64,000 nucleotides of DNA from Escherichia coli (GCF_003334405.1 NZ_QOWM01000001.1); one strand, 5' to 3'. Counted from the stretch's first letter, positions 13,809-26,037 are shown. Made by a program: numbers and translations. Notes: generated from the sequence alone by a model not told the origin.

Positions 13809-14666
13809 ATGTTGTACCTGACGAAAATAAGCAATGCGGGGAGTGAATTCACCGAAAACGAGCAAAAAATCGCTGACTTTCTGCAGGCCAACGTGAGTGA
13901 GCTGCAATCCGTTTCTTCACGGCAGATGGCGAAACAGCTCGGCATTAGCCAGTCGAGCATAGTGAAATTTGCCCAAAAACTCGGCGCGCAAGGATTTACT
14001 GAATTGCGTATGGCGTTAATAGGCGAATACAGTGCCAGCCGGGAGAAAACGAATGCCACGGCACTGCACCTGCACAGTTCGATTACCAGTGATGATTCGC
14101 TGGAAGTGATCGCGCGCAAACTGAATCGCGAAAAAGAGCTGGCGCTGGAGCAAACCTGCGCGTTGCTCGATTACGCGCGGCTGCAAAAAATCATTGAGGT
14201 CATCAGTAAAGCACCGTTTATCCAGATAACGGGCCTGGGCGGATCGGCGCTGGTGGGGCGCGATCTGTCGTTCAAACTGATGAAAATTGGCTATCGCGTG
14301 GCCTGCGAAGCCGACACGCACGTACAAGCCACCGTTTCCCAGGCGTTGAAAAAAGGCGATGTACAAATCGCTATCTCTTACAGCGGCAGTAAAAAAGAGA
14401 TTGTCTTGTGCGCAGAAGCGGCACGAAAGCAGGGGGCAACGGTGATTGCCATTACTTCTCTGACTGACTCTCCGCTGCGGCGGCTGGCGCATTTCACCCT
14501 CGATACCGTTTCCGGAGAAACCGAATGGCGTAGCTCGTCGATGTCTACCCGCACGGCGCAAAATTCTGTTACCGATTTACTGTTTGTTGGCCTTGTGCAA
14601 CTCAATGATGTGGAGTCATTGAAAATGATTCAGCGCAGCAGTGAGCTAACACAACGCCTGAAATGA
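13809..14666 (+). CDS. murR: RpiR/SIS-family repressor MurR (285 aa)
   Basis: Start at the ATG for [14 protein letters not shown]..., in frame with the longer track ORF from 13554; N-terminal HTH plus SIS domain. Confidence 0.9.
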   Translation: MLYLTKISNAGSEFTENEQKIADFLQANVSELQSVSSRQMAKQLGISQSSIVKFAQKLGAQGFTELRMALIGEYSASREKTNATALHLHSSITSDDSLEVIARKLNREKELALEQTCALLDYARLQKIIEVISKAPFIQITGLGGSALVGRDLSFKLMKIGYRVACEADTHVQATVSQALKKGDVQIAISYSGSKKEIVLCAEAARKQGATVIAITSLTDSPLRRLAHFTLDTVSGETEWRSSSMSTRTAQNSVTDLLFVGLVQLNDVESLKMIQRSSELTQRLK

Positions 14667-14794
14667 TGCATAAAGCAGCGACTGGATTGAGATTTTCCTG
14701 AATTAGTGAGCTGATCCGCAGCAATATTTTGTTTATCCTGTATTTTCAGAGGGAATGGAGTGTAACGCTCTGTATTAACAAGGAGAGCATTAAA

Positions 14795-15586
14795 ATGGGT
14801 AAACTCACGGGCAAGACAGCACTGATTACGGGCGCATTGCAGGGAATTGGCGAAGGAATTGCCAGAACTTTTGCACGTCATGGCGCGAACCTAATCTTGC
14901 TGGATATCTCCCCTGAGATCGAAAAGCTGGCGGACGAACTGTGTGGTCGTGGTCATCGCTGTACGGCGGTTGTCGCCGATGTGCGTGACCCGGCGTCGGT
15001 AGCCGCAGCTATCAAACGCGCGAAGGAAAAAGAAGGGCGCATTGATATCCTGGTGAATAACGCAGGCGTTTGTCGTCTGGGCAGTTTCCTCGATATGAGC
15101 GATGACGATCGCGATTTCCATATTGACATCAATATTAAAGGCGTATGGAACGTCACGAAGGCGGTGCTGCCGGAGATGATTGCCCGCAAAGATGGTCGCA
15201 TTGTGATGATGTCTTCAGTCACTGGTGATATGGTGGCCGATCCTGGCGAAACGGCGTACGCCTTAACGAAAGCGGCGATTGTTGGCCTGACAAAATCGCT
15301 GGCGGTGGAGTACGCGCAGTCTGGTATTCGCGTTAACGCCATTTGCCCGGGATACGTGCGCACACCAATGGCGGAAAGCATTGCCCGCCAGTCGAACCCG
15401 GAAGATCCAGAGTCGGTGCTGACTGAAATGGCGAAAGCAATCCCGATGCGTCGCCTCGCCGATCCGCTGGAAGTCGGCGAACTGGCGGCCTTCCTCGCAT
15501 CGGATGAATCCAGCTATTTAACCGGTACACAGAATGTGATTGATGGCGGCAGCACACTGCCGGAGACGGTTAGCGTCGGTATCTGA
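14795..15586 (+). CDS. ucpA: short-chain dehydrogenase/reductase UcpA (263 aa)
   Basis: ATG at 14795 with AGGAG upstream; Rossmann motif TGALQGIGEG and catalytic YxxxK (YALTK) present. Confidence 0.9.
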   Translation: MGKLTGKTALITGALQGIGEGIARTFARHGANLILLDISPEIEKLADELCGRGHRCTAVVADVRDPASVAAAIKRAKEKEGRIDILVNNAGVCRLGSFLDMSDDDRDFHIDINIKGVWNVTKAVLPEMIARKDGRIVMMSSVTGDMVADPGETAYALTKAAIVGLTKSLAVEYAQSGIRVNAICPGYVRTPMAESIARQSNPEDPESVLTEMAKAIPMRRLADPLEVGELAAFLASDESSYLTGTQNVIDGGSTLPETVSVGI

Positions 15587-15889
15587 TTCACCTCTGTTTC
15601 CTCCCTGCATTTGTGGGGAGGATTTCGTCTTGAACTAAGTTCACCAGGCTATTTTATTTGTCATTTTGGCCCCGGGCAGTGCTCGAAATCCTCACGTACT
15701 ATGTGTACGCTCCGGTTTCTCCGCGCTGTTCGTGTCCAAACTGACTGCAACAATTACGCCTGTTGAACCAAGTTCTTATTCCCTTTTCAACTTCCAAATC
15801 ACCAAACGGTATATAAAACCGTTACTCCTTTCACGTCCGTTATAAATATGATGGCTATTAGAAAGTCATTAAATTTATAAGGGTGCGCA

Positions 15890-16906
15890 ATGGCCGTTAA
15901 CTTACTGAAAAAGAACTCACTCGCGCTGGTCGCTTCTCTGCTGCTGGCGGGCCATGTACAGGCAACGGAACTGCTGAACAGTTCTTATGACGTCTCCCGC
16001 GAGCTGTTTGCCGCCCTGAATCCGCCGTTTGAGCAACAATGGGCAAAAGATAACGGCGGCGACAAACTGACGATAAAACAATCTCATGCCGGGTCATCAA
16101 AACAGGCGCTGGCGATTTTACAGGGCTTAAAAGCCGACGTTGTCACTTATAACCAGGTGACCGACGTACAAATCCTGCACGATAAAGGCAAGCTGATCCC
16201 GGCCGACTGGCAGTCGCGCCTGCCGAATAATAGCTCGCCGTTCTACTCCACCATGGGCTTCCTGGTGCGTAAGGGTAACCCGAAGAATATCCACGATTGG
16301 AACGACCTGGTGCGCTCCGACGTGAAGCTGATTTTCCCGAACCCGAAAACGTCGGGTAACGCGCGTTATACCTATCTGGCGGCATGGGGCGCAGCGGATA
16401 AAGCTGACGGTGGTGACAAAGGCAAAACCGAACAGTTTATGACCCAGTTCCTGAAAAACGTTGAAGTGTTCGATACTGGCGGTCGTGGCGCGACCACCAC
16501 TTTTGCCGAGCGCGGCCTGGGCGATGTGCTGATTAGCTTCGAATCGGAAGTGAACAACATCCGTAAACAGTATGAAGCGCAGGGCTTTGAAGTGGTGATT
16601 CCGAAAACCAACATTCTGGCGGAATTCCCGGTGGCGTGGGTTGATAAAAACGTGCAGGCCAACGGTACGGAAAAAGCCGCCAAAGCCTATCTGAACTGGC
16701 TCTATAGCCCGCAGGCGCAAACCATCATCACCGACTATTACTACCGCGTGAATAACCCGGAGGTGATGGACAAACTGAAAGACAAATTCCCGCAGACCGA
16801 GCTGTTCCGCGTGGAAGACAAATTTGGCTCCTGGCCGGAAGTGATGAAAACCCACTTCACCAGCGGCGGCGAGTTAGACAAGCTGTTAGCGGCGGGGCGT
16901 AACTGA
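15890..16906 (+). CDS. cysP: thiosulfate/sulfate-binding periplasmic protein CysP (338 aa)
   Basis: Signal peptide plus periplasmic binding fold; first gene of cysPUWA. Confidence 0.95.
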
Positions 16907-17739
16907 TGTTTGCTGTCTCCTCCAGACGCGTGCTGCCGGGCTTTACCTTAAGCCTCGGCACCAGTCTGCTGTTTGTGTGCCTGATTTTGCTGCTGCCGCT
17001 CTCCGCGCTGGTGATGCAACTGGCCCAGATGAGCTGGGCGCAGTACTGGGAGGTGATCACCAACCCGCAGGTGGTCGCGGCCTACAAAGTAACGCTGCTG
17101 TCGGCGTTTGTGGCATCGATTTTTAACGGCGTTTTCGGTCTGCTGATGGCGTGGATCCTAACCCGCTATCGCTTCCCAGGCCGCACGCTGCTTGATGCGC
17201 TGATGGATTTACCCTTTGCGCTGCCAACGGCTGTCGCCGGTTTAACGCTGGCCTCGCTCTTTTCCGTAAACGGTTTTTACGGTGAATGGCTGGCGAAGTT
17301 TGATATCAAAGTCACCTATACATGGCTGGGGATTGCGGTGGCTATGGCCTTTACCAGCATTCCGTTTGTGGTGCGTACCGTGCAGCCGGTGCTGGAAGAG
17401 TTAGGCCCGGAATATGAAGAAGCGGCGGAAACGCTTGGTGCAACGCGCTGGCAGAGTTTCTGCAAAGTGGTGCTGCCGGAGCTTTCTCCGGCGCTGGTGG
17501 CGGGCGTGGCGCTGTCGTTTACCCGTAGTCTTGGTGAATTTGGCGCGGTGATTTTTATCGCCGGAAATATCGCGTGGAAGACGGAAGTGACGTCGCTGAT
17601 GATTTTTGTGCGCTTACAGGAGTTTGATTACCCGGCAGCGAGCGCGATTGCTTCGGTGATCCTCGCGGCATCTCTGCTGCTGCTGTTCTCAATTAACACT
17701 CTGCAAAGTCGCTTTGGTCGGCGTGTGGTAGGTCATTAA
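16906..17739 (+). CDS. cysU: sulfate/thiosulfate ABC transporter permease CysU (CysT) (277 aa)
   Basis: Start overlaps the cysP stop; multi-TM ABC permease. Confidence 0.95.
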   Translation: MFAVSSRRVLPGFTLSLGTSLLFVCLILLLPLSALVMQLAQMSWAQYWEVITNPQVVAAYKVTLLSAFVASIFNGVFGLLMAWILTRYRFPGRTLLDALMDLPFALPTAVAGLTLASLFSVNGFYGEWLAKFDIKVTYTWLGIAVAMAFTSIPFVVRTVQPVLEELGPEYEEAAETLGATRWQSFCKVVLPELSPALVAGVALSFTRSLGEFGAVIFIAGNIAWKTEVTSLMIFVRLQEFDYPAASAIASVILAASLLLLFSINTLQSRFGRRVVGH

Positions 17740-18614
17740 TGGCGGAAGTTACCCAATTGAAGCGTTATGACGCGCGCCCGATTAACTGGGGCAAATGGTT
17801 TCTGATTGGCATCGGGATGCTGGTTTCGGCGTTCATCCTGCTGGTGCCGATGATTTACATCTTCGTGCAGGCATTCAGCAAGGGGCTGATGCCGGTTTTA
17901 CAGAATCTGGCCGATCCGGACATGCTGCACGCCATCTGGCTGACGGTGATGATCGCGCTGATTGCCGTACCGGTAAACCTGGTGTTCGGCATTCTGCTGG
18001 CCTGGCTGGTGACGCGCTTTAACTTCCCTGGACGCCAGTTACTGCTGACGCTACTGGACATTCCGTTTGCCGTATCGCCGGTGGTTGCCGGTCTGGTGTA
18101 TTTGCTGTTCTACGGCTCTAACGGCCCGCTCGGCGGTTGGCTCGACGAGCATAACCTGCAAATTATGTTCTCCTGGCCGGGAATGGTGCTGGTCACCATC
18201 TTCGTGACGTGTCCGTTTGTGGTGCGCGAACTGGTGCCGGTGATGTTAAGCCAGGGCAGCCAGGAAGACGAAGCGGCGATTTTGCTTGGCGCGTCCGGCT
18301 GGCAGATGTTCCGTCGCGTCACATTACCGAACATCCGCTGGGCGCTGCTTTATGGCGTGGTGTTGACCAACGCCCGCGCAATTGGCGAGTTTGGCGCGGT
18401 GTCGGTGGTTTCCGGCTCGATTCGCGGCGAAACCCTGTCGCTGCCGTTACAGATTGAATTGCTGGAGCAGGACTACAACACCGTCGGCTCCTTTACCGCT
18501 GCGGCGCTGTTAACGCTGATGGCGATTATCACCCTGTTTTTAAAAAGTATGTTGCAGTGGCGCCTGGAGAATCAGGAAAAACGCGCACAGCAGGAGGAAC
18601 ATCATGAGCATTGA
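17739..18614 (+). CDS. cysW: sulfate/thiosulfate ABC transporter permease CysW (291 aa)
   Basis: Start overlaps the cysU stop (translational coupling); ABC permease. Confidence 0.95.
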   Translation: MAEVTQLKRYDARPINWGKWFLIGIGMLVSAFILLVPMIYIFVQAFSKGLMPVLQNLADPDMLHAIWLTVMIALIAVPVNLVFGILLAWLVTRFNFPGRQLLLTLLDIPFAVSPVVAGLVYLLFYGSNGPLGGWLDEHNLQIMFSWPGMVLVTIFVTCPFVVRELVPVMLSQGSQEDEAAILLGASGWQMFRRVTLPNIRWALLYGVVLTNARAIGEFGAVSVVSGSIRGETLSLPLQIELLEQDYNTVGSFTAAALLTLMAIITLFLKSMLQWRLENQEKRAQQEEHHEH

Positions 18615-19701
18615 GATTGCCAATATTAAGAAGTCGTTTGGTCGCACCCAGGTGCTGAACGATATCTCACTGGATATTCCTTCAGGTCAGATGGTCGCGT
18701 TGCTGGGGCCGTCCGGTTCCGGGAAAACCACGCTGCTGCGCATTATCGCCGGGCTGGAGCATCAAACCAGCGGGCATATTCGCTTCCACGGCACCGACGT
18801 GAGCCGCCTGCACGCACGTGATCGTAAAGTCGGTTTCGTGTTCCAGCATTACGCGCTGTTCCGCCATATGACGGTGTTCGACAATATCGCTTTTGGCCTG
18901 ACGGTGCTGCCGCGTCGCGAGCGCCCGAATGCCGCAGCCATCAAAGCGAAAGTGACAAAATTGCTGGAAATGGTCCAGCTTGCCCATCTGGCGGATCGTT
19001 ATCCGGCGCAGCTTTCCGGCGGCCAGAAACAGCGCGTGGCGCTGGCGCGCGCGCTGGCTGTGGAACCGCAAATTCTGCTGCTTGATGAACCGTTTGGCGC
19101 GCTGGATGCGCAGGTGCGTAAAGAGCTGCGTCGCTGGCTGCGTCAACTCCATGAAGAACTAAAATTCACCAGCGTTTTTGTGACCCACGATCAGGAAGAA
19201 GCGACCGAAGTAGCTGATCGTGTAGTTGTGATGAGCCAGGGCAATATTGAACAGGCTGACGCGCCGGATCAGGTATGGCGCGAACCGGCGACCCGTTTTG
19301 TGCTCGAATTTATGGGCGAAGTGAACCGCCTGCAGGGAACCATTCGCGGCGGGCAGTTCCATGTTGGCGCGCATCGCTGGCCGCTGGGCTACACACCTGC
19401 GTATCAGGGGCCGGTGGATCTCTTCCTGCGCCCTTGGGAAGTGGATATCAGCCGCCGTACCAGCCTCGATTCGCCGCTGCCGGTACAGGTACTGGAAGTC
19501 AGCCCGAAAGGTCACTACACCCAATTAGTGGTGCAGCCGCTGGGGTGGTACAACGAACCGCTGACGGTCGTGATGCATGGCGACGATGCCCCGCAGCGTG
19601 GCGAGCGTTTATTCGTTGGTCTGCAACATGCGCGGCTGTATAACGGCGACGAGCGTATCGAAACCCGCGATGAGGAACTTGCTCTCGCACAAAGCGCCTG
19701 A
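18604..19701 (+). CDS. cysA: sulfate/thiosulfate ABC transporter ATPase CysA (365 aa)
   Basis: Walker [10 protein letters not shown] and ABC signature LSGGQKQR present; overlaps the cysW end by 11 bp. Confidence 0.96.
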   Translation: MSIEIANIKKSFGRTQVLNDISLDIPSGQMVALLGPSGSGKTTLLRIIAGLEHQTSGHIRFHGTDVSRLHARDRKVGFVFQHYALFRHMTVFDNIAFGLTVLPRRERPNAAAIKAKVTKLLEMVQLAHLADRYPAQLSGGQKQRVALARALAVEPQILLLDEPFGALDAQVRKELRRWLRQLHEELKFTSVFVTHDQEEATEVADRVVVMSQGNIEQADAPDQVWREPATRFVLEFMGEVNRLQGTIRGGQFHVGAHRWPLGYTPAYQGPVDLFLRPWEVDISRRTSLDSPLPVQVLEVSPKGHYTQLVVQPLGWYNEPLTVVMHGDDAPQRGERLFVGLQHARLYNGDERIETRDEELALAQSA

Positions 19702-19721
19702 TAGGTTGAGTGAATGTTAAA

Positions 19722-19755
19722 CGCCCGGAGGCGCTTCCCGCGATCCGGGCTTTTT
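19722..19755 (+). terminator. putative intrinsic terminator after cysA
   Basis: GC-rich stem (gcccgga...tccgggc) followed by TTTTT. Confidence 0.5.
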
Positions 19756-19769
19756 AATGGCAAGGTTTG

Positions 19770-19815
19770 TAACCTGTAGACCTGATAAGACGCGCAAGCG
19801 TCGCATCAGGCAACA
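19770..19815. repeat. REP element between cysA and cysM
   Basis: Palindromic gtagacctgataagacgcgcaagcgtcgcatcaggc, REP-like. Confidence 0.75.
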
Positions 19816-19834
19816 CCACGTATGGATAGAGATC

Positions 19835-20746
19835 GTGAGTACATTAGAACAAACAATAGGCAATACGCCTCTGGTGAAGTTGCAGCGAATGGGGCCGGAT
19901 AACGGCAGTGAAGTGTGGTTAAAACTGGAAGGCAATAACCCGGCAGGTTCGGTGAAAGATCGTGCGGCACTTTCGATGATCGTCGAGGCGGAAAAGCGCG
20001 GGGAAATTAAACCGGGTGATGTCTTAATCGAAGCCACCAGTGGTAACACCGGCATTGCGCTGGCAATGATTGCCGCGCTGAAAGGCTATCGCATGAAATT
20101 GCTGATGCCCGACAACATGAGCCAGGAACGCCGTGCGGCGATGCGTGCTTATGGTGCGGAACTGATTCTTGTCACCAAAGAGCAGGGCATGGAAGGTGCG
20201 CGCGATCTGGCGCTGGAGATGGCGAATCGTGGCGAAGGAAAGCTGCTCGATCAGTTCAATAATCCCGATAACCCTTATGCGCATTACACCACCACTGGGC
20301 CGGAAATCTGGCAGCAAACCGGCGGGCGCATCACTCATTTTGTCTCCAGCATGGGGACGACCGGCACTATCACCGGCGTCTCACGCTTTATGCGCGAACA
20401 ATCCAAACCGGTGACCATTGTCGGCCTGCAACCGGAAGAGGGCAGCAGCATTCCCGGCATTCGCCGCTGGCCTACGGAATATCTGCCGGGGATTTTCAAC
20501 GCTTCTCTGGTGGATGAGGTGCTGGATATTCATCAGCGCGATGCGGAAAACACCATGCGCGAACTGGCGGTGCGGGAAGGAATATTCTGTGGCGTCAGCT
20601 CCGGCGGCGCGGTTGCCGGAGCACTGCGGGTGGCAAAAGCTAACCCTGACGCGGTGGTGGTGGCGATCATCTGCGATCGTGGCGATCGCTACCTTTCTAC
20701 CGGGGTGTTTGGGGAAGAGCATTTTAGCCAGGGGGCGGGGATTTAA
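19835..20746 (+). CDS. cysM: cysteine synthase B / O-acetylserine sulfhydrylase B (303 aa)
   Basis: GTG start giving MSTLEQTIGNTPLV...; PLP-lysine motif SVKDR present; the track ORF is extended upstream into the REP. Confidence 0.9.
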   Translation: MSTLEQTIGNTPLVKLQRMGPDNGSEVWLKLEGNNPAGSVKDRAALSMIVEAEKRGEIKPGDVLIEATSGNTGIALAMIAALKGYRMKLLMPDNMSQERRAAMRAYGAELILVTKEQGMEGARDLALEMANRGEGKLLDQFNNPDNPYAHYTTTGPEIWQQTGGRITHFVSSMGTTGTITGVSRFMREQSKPVTIVGLQPEEGSSIPGIRRWPTEYLPGIFNASLVDEVLDIHQRDAENTMRELAVREGIFCGVSSGGAVAGALRVAKANPDAVVVAIICDRGDRYLSTGVFGEEHFSQGAGI

Positions 20747-20779
20747 GGATTAATAGCATCGGAGACTGATGACAAACGC

Positions 20780-20885
<106 letters not shown>

Positions 20886-20934
20886 AAACAAAGCGCACTT
20901 TTTTAACAGTTGTTGCTGCCGACAAATGCAGTAT

Positions 20935-21669
20935 TTAATTTTCGTGAGGAAACGCCGTAAGGTCATCAATCATTTTTTGAAGTATTGGTGAGTCCTGACC
21001 GTCACCCCATTGAAGAATTTTTGCGGTAAGCTGATGACGCGCTAGTGCATTGAGTCCCATCTTTTTAAGTTTATGGGAGATTTTACCCATGACTTTAATC
21101 TGACCGAATGCAGTTGCGTAGGTAATCATATTGCTCTGGATAGTGCTCATTTCATCGACTAGTAATTGCGCACGAACATCCTCTTCAAGAATACTGTCCA
21201 TAGCGATGTATTTCATACCCCACATAGTTTCAATTAACATTTGAGGGAAATCAGCACAGTCCAGATCCGGCTCTTTACGGAGGCTATTTTCAAGAACGTT
21301 TAGAGCATCAGCACCTTCATCGCTGCCAAAAGGAGATTCTTCATCCCAGCAACACATATAAAGTGGATCAGTAAAATGGCACTGGAAGTTTGGGTGTGAC
21401 GTTTTAACATGTAACCCAATTTCTTCATCATCAAAATAGTAGCGATCCATGAAGTTAAACTTTGGATCTTCTTGATAGCCTTTCTTCATTTTTGCGGCAA
21501 TCAATTTACTGGCTTCTTTCAGACACTGTTCTTCATTATCGAACTCTTTTGTCTGGAATTTACCAATACTACCTACCTTGCCATAGTTGACAGCTAAACT
21601 ATCCCCTTCGTAATCTATCCACCAAAATTTATTCGATTTTTCATCGTGATAAATAAAGCGTTTTTTCAT
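20935..21669 (-). CDS. yfeS: WGR-domain protein YfeS (244 aa), function unknown
   Basis: N-terminal WGR-like segment (WWIDYEGDSLAVNYGKVGSIGK); locally AT-rich gene. Confidence 0.8.
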   Translation of the reverse strand: MKKRFIYHDEKSNKFWWIDYEGDSLAVNYGKVGSIGKFQTKEFDNEEQCLKEASKLIAAKMKKGYQEDPKFNFMDRYYFDDEEIGLHVKTSHPNFQCHFTDPLYMCCWDEESPFGSDEGADALNVLENSLRKEPDLDCADFPQMLIETMWGMKYIAMDSILEEDVRAQLLVDEMSTIQSNMITYATAFGQIKVMGKISHKLKKMGLNALARHQLTAKILQWGDGQDSPILQKMIDDLTAFPHEN

Positions 21670-21701
21670 GTTACCTCCTGTAAATGCCTTCCCAAAGCGG
21701 A

Positions 21702-22076
21702 TTAATTTCCTTCCGCAGGCACCGTTTTATCCGTCTGCGCAATTAACGCATGTAAAAAAGGCTGTGCGTTCTCATCGCTCTTACCGGGGATCTTCACAAT
21801 ATACGGCTTCCCAGTAATCGATGACGACGAAGCAACCTTATCAATAAACTGCTCGGCAGTGTCAATGCGGTTACGGGTATTGCCGAGCTTCAGACGCAGA
21901 TGAGAAACCGCTTCATAGCAGGTATGTTCATCACCGTTGCGCACAAATATCAAATCCTTTTTCTGTGCTAATCCCTCCAGCATGGCGTTGATGCGGGCTT
22001 CTTCATGGGCAGTTAACTTCGCGTAAACGGGGAGTGTCATTAGTAGTGTAATGACCAGACAAATGATTTTCTTCAT
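21702..22076 (-). CDS. yfeK: secreted protein YfeK (124 aa), function unknown
   Basis: Cleavable signal peptide ([19 protein letters not shown]); AT-rich; immediately upstream of yfeS on the same strand. Confidence 0.8.
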
Positions 22077-22101
22077 TGAATTACCTTATCCTTGTTTTGT
22101 G

Positions 22102-22144
<43 letters not shown>

Positions 22145-22180
22145 TTACGATGAGGATCATCGGCAAGGAGAAAAAATTAA

Positions 22181-23032
22181 ATGAGTAGTTTGTTGTTGTT
22201 TAACGATAAGAGTAGGGCACTGCAGGCGGATATCGTCGCCGTGCAGTCGCAGGTGGTTTACGGCAGCGTGGGCAACAGCATTGCCGTGCCTGCTATCAAA
22301 CAGAACGGCCTGAATGTCTTTGCCGTGCCGACGGTATTGCTGAGCAATACGCCGCATTATGACACTTTCTACGGTGGTGCGATTCCGGACGAATGGTTTA
22401 GCGGCTATTTGCGTGCGCTTCAGGAGCGTGATGCGCTGCGCCAACTTCGTGCTGTAACCACGGGCTATATGGGAACGGCATCGCAAATCAAAATCCTTGC
22501 CGAGTGGCTGACTGCGCTACGCAAAGACCATCCTGACCTATTGATCATGGTCGATCCGGTGATTGGCGATATTGATAGCGGAATTTATGTCAAACCTGAC
22601 CTTCCCGAAGCGTATCGACAATATTTACTGCCGCTGGCGCAGGGAATTACCCCCAATATCTTTGAGTTGGAAATCCTGACCGGTAAAAATTGCCGCGATC
22701 TCGACAGTGCCATTGCTGCCGCAAAAAGTCTGCTTTCAGACACATTAAAATGGGTGGTGGTTACCAGCGCCTCCGGTAATGAAGAAAATCAGGAGATGCA
22801 GGTTGTGGTGGTCACTGCCGACAGCGTGAATGTCATTTCCCATTCACGGGTAAAAACCGACCTGAAAGGGACTGGCGACCTGTTTTGTGCTCAGCTCATC
22901 AGTGGCTTGCTGAAAGGGAAGGCGTTAACCGATGCAGTGCACCGAGCGGGGTTGCGCGTACTGGAAGTGATGCGCTACACCCAGCAGCATGAGAGCGATG
23001 AATTGATTTTGCCGCCGCTGGCGGAAGCATAA
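22181..23032 (+). CDS. pdxK: pyridoxal/pyridoxine/pyridoxamine kinase PdxK (283 aa)
   Basis: Ribokinase-like PfkB fold; 283 aa. Confidence 0.93.
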   Translation: MSSLLLFNDKSRALQADIVAVQSQVVYGSVGNSIAVPAIKQNGLNVFAVPTVLLSNTPHYDTFYGGAIPDEWFSGYLRALQERDALRQLRAVTTGYMGTASQIKILAEWLTALRKDHPDLLIMVDPVIGDIDSGIYVKPDLPEAYRQYLLPLAQGITPNIFELEILTGKNCRDLDSAIAAAKSLLSDTLKWVVVTSASGNEENQEMQVVVVTADSVNVISHSRVKTDLKGTGDLFCAQLISGLLKGKALTDAVHRAGLRVLEVMRYTQQHESDELILPPLAEA

Positions 23033-23060
23033 AAAAATGGCGCCGATGGGCGCCATTTTT
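23031..23060. terminator. bidirectional intrinsic terminator shared by pdxK (+) and crr operon (-)
   Basis: Perfect hairpin atggcgcc-gatg-ggcgccat flanked by an A-run on one side and a T-run on the other. Confidence 0.75.
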
Positions 23061-23074
23061 CACTGCGGCAAGAA

Positions 23075-23584
23075 TTACTTCTTGATGCGGATAACCGGGG
23101 TTTCACCCACGGTTACGCTACCGGACAGTTTGATCAGTTCTTTGATTTCGTCCATGTTGGAGATAACAACCGGAGTCAGGGTAGACTTGGCTTTCTCTTC
23201 CAGCAGCGGCAGATCAAATTCAATGACAGTATCGCCAACTTTCACGCGCTGACCTTCTTCAGCAATACGCTTGAAGCCTTCGCCTTTCAGTTCAACGGTG
23301 TCGATACCGAAGTGGACGAACAGTTCAACGCCGCTATCAGATTCGATAGAGAATGCGTGGTTGGTTTCAAAGATTTTACCAATGGTGCCGTCTACTGGCG
23401 CGACCATTTTGTTACCCGTTGGTTTGATAGCAATACCATCACCAACGATTTTTTCCGCAAAAACGACATCCGGCACGTCTTCGATATTGACGATCTCGCC
23501 AGAGAGCGGAGCAATGATCTCAATAGTTCCGGTATCCTTCTTGTCGTCGGAAACCAGAGATTTCAGTTTATCGAACAAACCCAT
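23075..23584 (-). CDS. crr: PTS glucose-specific EIIA component (169 aa)
   Basis: 169-aa ORF, last gene of ptsH-ptsI-crr. Confidence 0.97.
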
Positions 23585-23624
23585 GATCTTCTCCTAAGCA
23601 GTAAATTGGGCCGCATCTCGTGGA

Positions 23625-25352
23625 TTAGCAGATTGTTTTTTCTTCAATGAACTTGTTAACCAGCGTCATTAACTCGTCCGTTGTCGGTTGAGCAAGAGCC
23701 TGCTCTGCTAACACCTTCGCATCTTCGAAGTTCGTGTTACGGATAATCTTCTTAATGCGCGGGATAGAAATGGCGCTCATAGAGAATTCGTCCAGACCCA
23801 TCCCCAGCAACAGAAGTGTAGCACGTTCATCGCCAGCAAGCTCACCACACATGCCAGTCCATTTGCCTTCAGCATGAGAAGCATCAATAACTTGCTTGAT
23901 CAAGTTCAGCACGGACGGTGACATTGGCTGGTAAAGGTGTGAAATCATATCATTACCACGGTCAACTGCCAGAGTGTACTGCGTTAAATCATTGGTGCCG
24001 ATACTAAAGAAATCAACTTCTTTGGCTAAATGACGTGCAATTGTTGCGGCAGCCGGTGTTTCCACCATTACGCCGATTTCAATTGACTCGTCAAACGCTT
24101 TACCTTCGTCGCGCAGTTCCTGTTTGTAGATTTCGATCTCTTTGCGCAGTGCACGCACTTCTTCAACAGAGATGATCATCGGGAACATAATGCGCAATTT
24201 ACCGAAAGCCGAGGCACGCAGGATAGCGCGGAGCTGATCGCGCAGGATCTCTCTACGATCCATCGCGATACGGATAGCGCGCCAGCCGAGGAACGGGTTC
24301 TCTTCTTTCGGGAAGTTCATGTATGGCAGCTCTTTGTCGCCGCCGATGTCCATGGTACGAACGATAACCGCTTGCGAGCCACACGCTTCAGCCACTGCTT
24401 TGTAAGCAGCAAACTGTTCTTCTTCAGTGGGCAGTGCGTCGCGGTCCATGAACAGGAACTCAGTACGATACAGACCAACGCCTTCAGCGCCGTTACGCTC
24501 TGCACCTTCAACGTCACGAACCGTACCAATGTTAGCGCATACTTCTACCTGGTGACCGTCCAGCGTAATAGCTGGCAGATCTTTCAGTTTAGCAAGCTCT
24601 GCTTTTTCAGAAGCCACTTGCTCCTGAACAGCGCGCATTTTATCAATAACTTCGTTGGTTGGATTGACGTAAACCTGATTATTTACGGCATCCAGAATCA
24701 GATAGTCGTCATTTTTCACCTGAGAGGTGACGCTACCGGTACCCACGATAGCAGGTAGTTCCAGAGAACGCGCCATGATAGAGGTGTGGGAAGTACGGCC
24801 ACCCGCGTCGGTGATGAAACCCAGCACCTTCTTCAGGTTCAGCTGTGCGGTTTCGGACGGCGTCAGGTCAGCGGCAACCAGAATGACTTCATCCTGAATG
24901 GCGCTCAGGTCGATAATCTTCAGGCCCAGGATGTTGCGCAGCAGGCGCTTACCGATATCACGTACGTCAGCCGCACGTTCTTTCAGGTATTCATCATCCA
25001 GCTCTTCCAGGGCAGAAGCCTGACCTTCGATAACTTCATGAGCAGCTGCGTCAGCTGTCATGTGCTTATCTTTAATCAGGGCTATGATTTCCTGCTCCAG
25101 CTCCTCATCTTCGAGCAGCATAATATGCCCTTCAAAGATGGCTTCTTTTTCTTCACCGAACGTTTCACCAGCTTTCGTTTTGATCGTTTCCAGCTGGGCT
25201 GATGCCTTGGCACGACCGCTCAGAAAACGTTCAACTTCCTGATCAACCTGGTCGGCAGAAATTTTTTTCCGGTCAATGACAATTTCGTCTTCTTTCAGAA
25301 GCAGAGCTTTACCGAAAGCGATACCCGGGGATGCTAAAATGCCTGAAATCAT
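23625..25352 (-). CDS. ptsI: PTS Enzyme I (575 aa)
   Basis: 575-aa PEP-utilising enzyme; conserved operon context. Confidence 0.97.
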   Translation of the reverse strand: MISGILASPGIAFGKALLLKEDEIVIDRKKISADQVDQEVERFLSGRAKASAQLETIKTKAGETFGEEKEAIFEGHIMLLEDEELEQEIIALIKDKHMTADAAAHEVIEGQASALEELDDEYLKERAADVRDIGKRLLRNILGLKIIDLSAIQDEVILVAADLTPSETAQLNLKKVLGFITDAGGRTSHTSIMARSLELPAIVGTGSVTSQVKNDDYLILDAVNNQVYVNPTNEVIDKMRAVQEQVASEKAELAKLKDLPAITLDGHQVEVCANIGTVRDVEGAERNGAEGVGLYRTEFLFMDRDALPTEEEQFAAYKAVAEACGSQAVIVRTMDIGGDKELPYMNFPKEENPFLGWRAIRIAMDRREILRDQLRAILRASAFGKLRIMFPMIISVEEVRALRKEIEIYKQELRDEGKAFDESIEIGVMVETPAAATIARHLAKEVDFFSIGTNDLTQYTLAVDRGNDMISHLYQPMSPSVLNLIKQVIDASHAEGKWTGMCGELAGDERATLLLLGMGLDEFSMSAISIPRIKKIIRNTNFEDAKVLAEQALAQPTTDELMTLVNKFIEEKTIC

Positions 25353-25396
25353 AACCCTACCTTACTTGTGACTGATTTTTAAAAGAACCCGGGAAA

Positions 25397-25654
25397 TTAC
25401 TCGAGTTCCGCCATCAGTTTAACCAGATGTTCAACCGCTTTCTGCTCGTCTTCGCCTTCTGCGGAGATAGTCACAACGGTACCTTGAGTCAGGCCCAGAG
25501 TCTGCAGTTTAAACAGGCTTTTCGCGCTGGCGCTTTTGCCGTTGGAAGTCACAGTAATTTCAGAAGTGAAGCCCTTAGCTTCTTTTACAAACTGGGCAGC
25601 AGGGCGGGTGTGCAGACCGTTCGGAGCGGTAATGGTAACTTCTTGCTGGAACAT
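25397..25654 (-). CDS. ptsH: phosphocarrier protein HPr (85 aa)
   Basis: 85 aa with the active-site His15 context ([10 protein letters not shown]). Confidence 0.97.
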
Positions 25655-25986
25655 TGTATTTCCCCAACTTATAGGTTTAGTGTTGTGGAACTAAAGTCTA
25701 GCCTGGCGGTTCGACTTTAGCCTGTATTGTTAGCGCCAGTTTTTAACAGACGCGACGCACGAAGAGCGCAATACAGTCCATTGCTGGCGGGTGTTGACCG
25801 CTGACGTTTCGTACGTCATTAAACATTATGCCGCTAAAGGAAGAATTGAACCAAATCATAAAATCGATTCAGCTTTGGCTTTTCCTGTAACGATTAATTT
25901 CGCGCATCAAAATAATTAGTCTGGTTAAATACCAGTTCCGACAGGCTGAATCAATGCCAGGAGGGGCGAAAGTTTGAAGCAGGCCA

Positions 25987-26015
25987 CAAAAAAGCACCTA
26001 AAAAGGTGCTTTTTT
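25987..26015. terminator. bidirectional intrinsic terminator downstream of cysK
   Basis: Hairpin agcacc-taaaaa-ggtgct flanked by A6 and T5 runs. Confidence 0.7.
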
Positions 26016-26037
26016 ACGCATTTTTAACAAGCTGGCA

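Noticed and set aside
15587-15889. Possible micro-ORF or regulatory peptide in the ucpA-cysP intergenic region
   Set aside because: Only very short frames without a convincing RBS; the region is more likely the cysP promoter with CysB sites, which I could not delimit confidently from sequence alone.
16127-16855. 242-aa minus-strand ORF inside cysP, and similar long antisense ORFs in nupC (43746-44510), ypdF (51187-51975), lpxP (61143-61814), ligA and ptsI
   Set aside because: Each is fully embedded antisense to a conserved gene whose product carries recognisable family motifs. None has independent start or RBS support.
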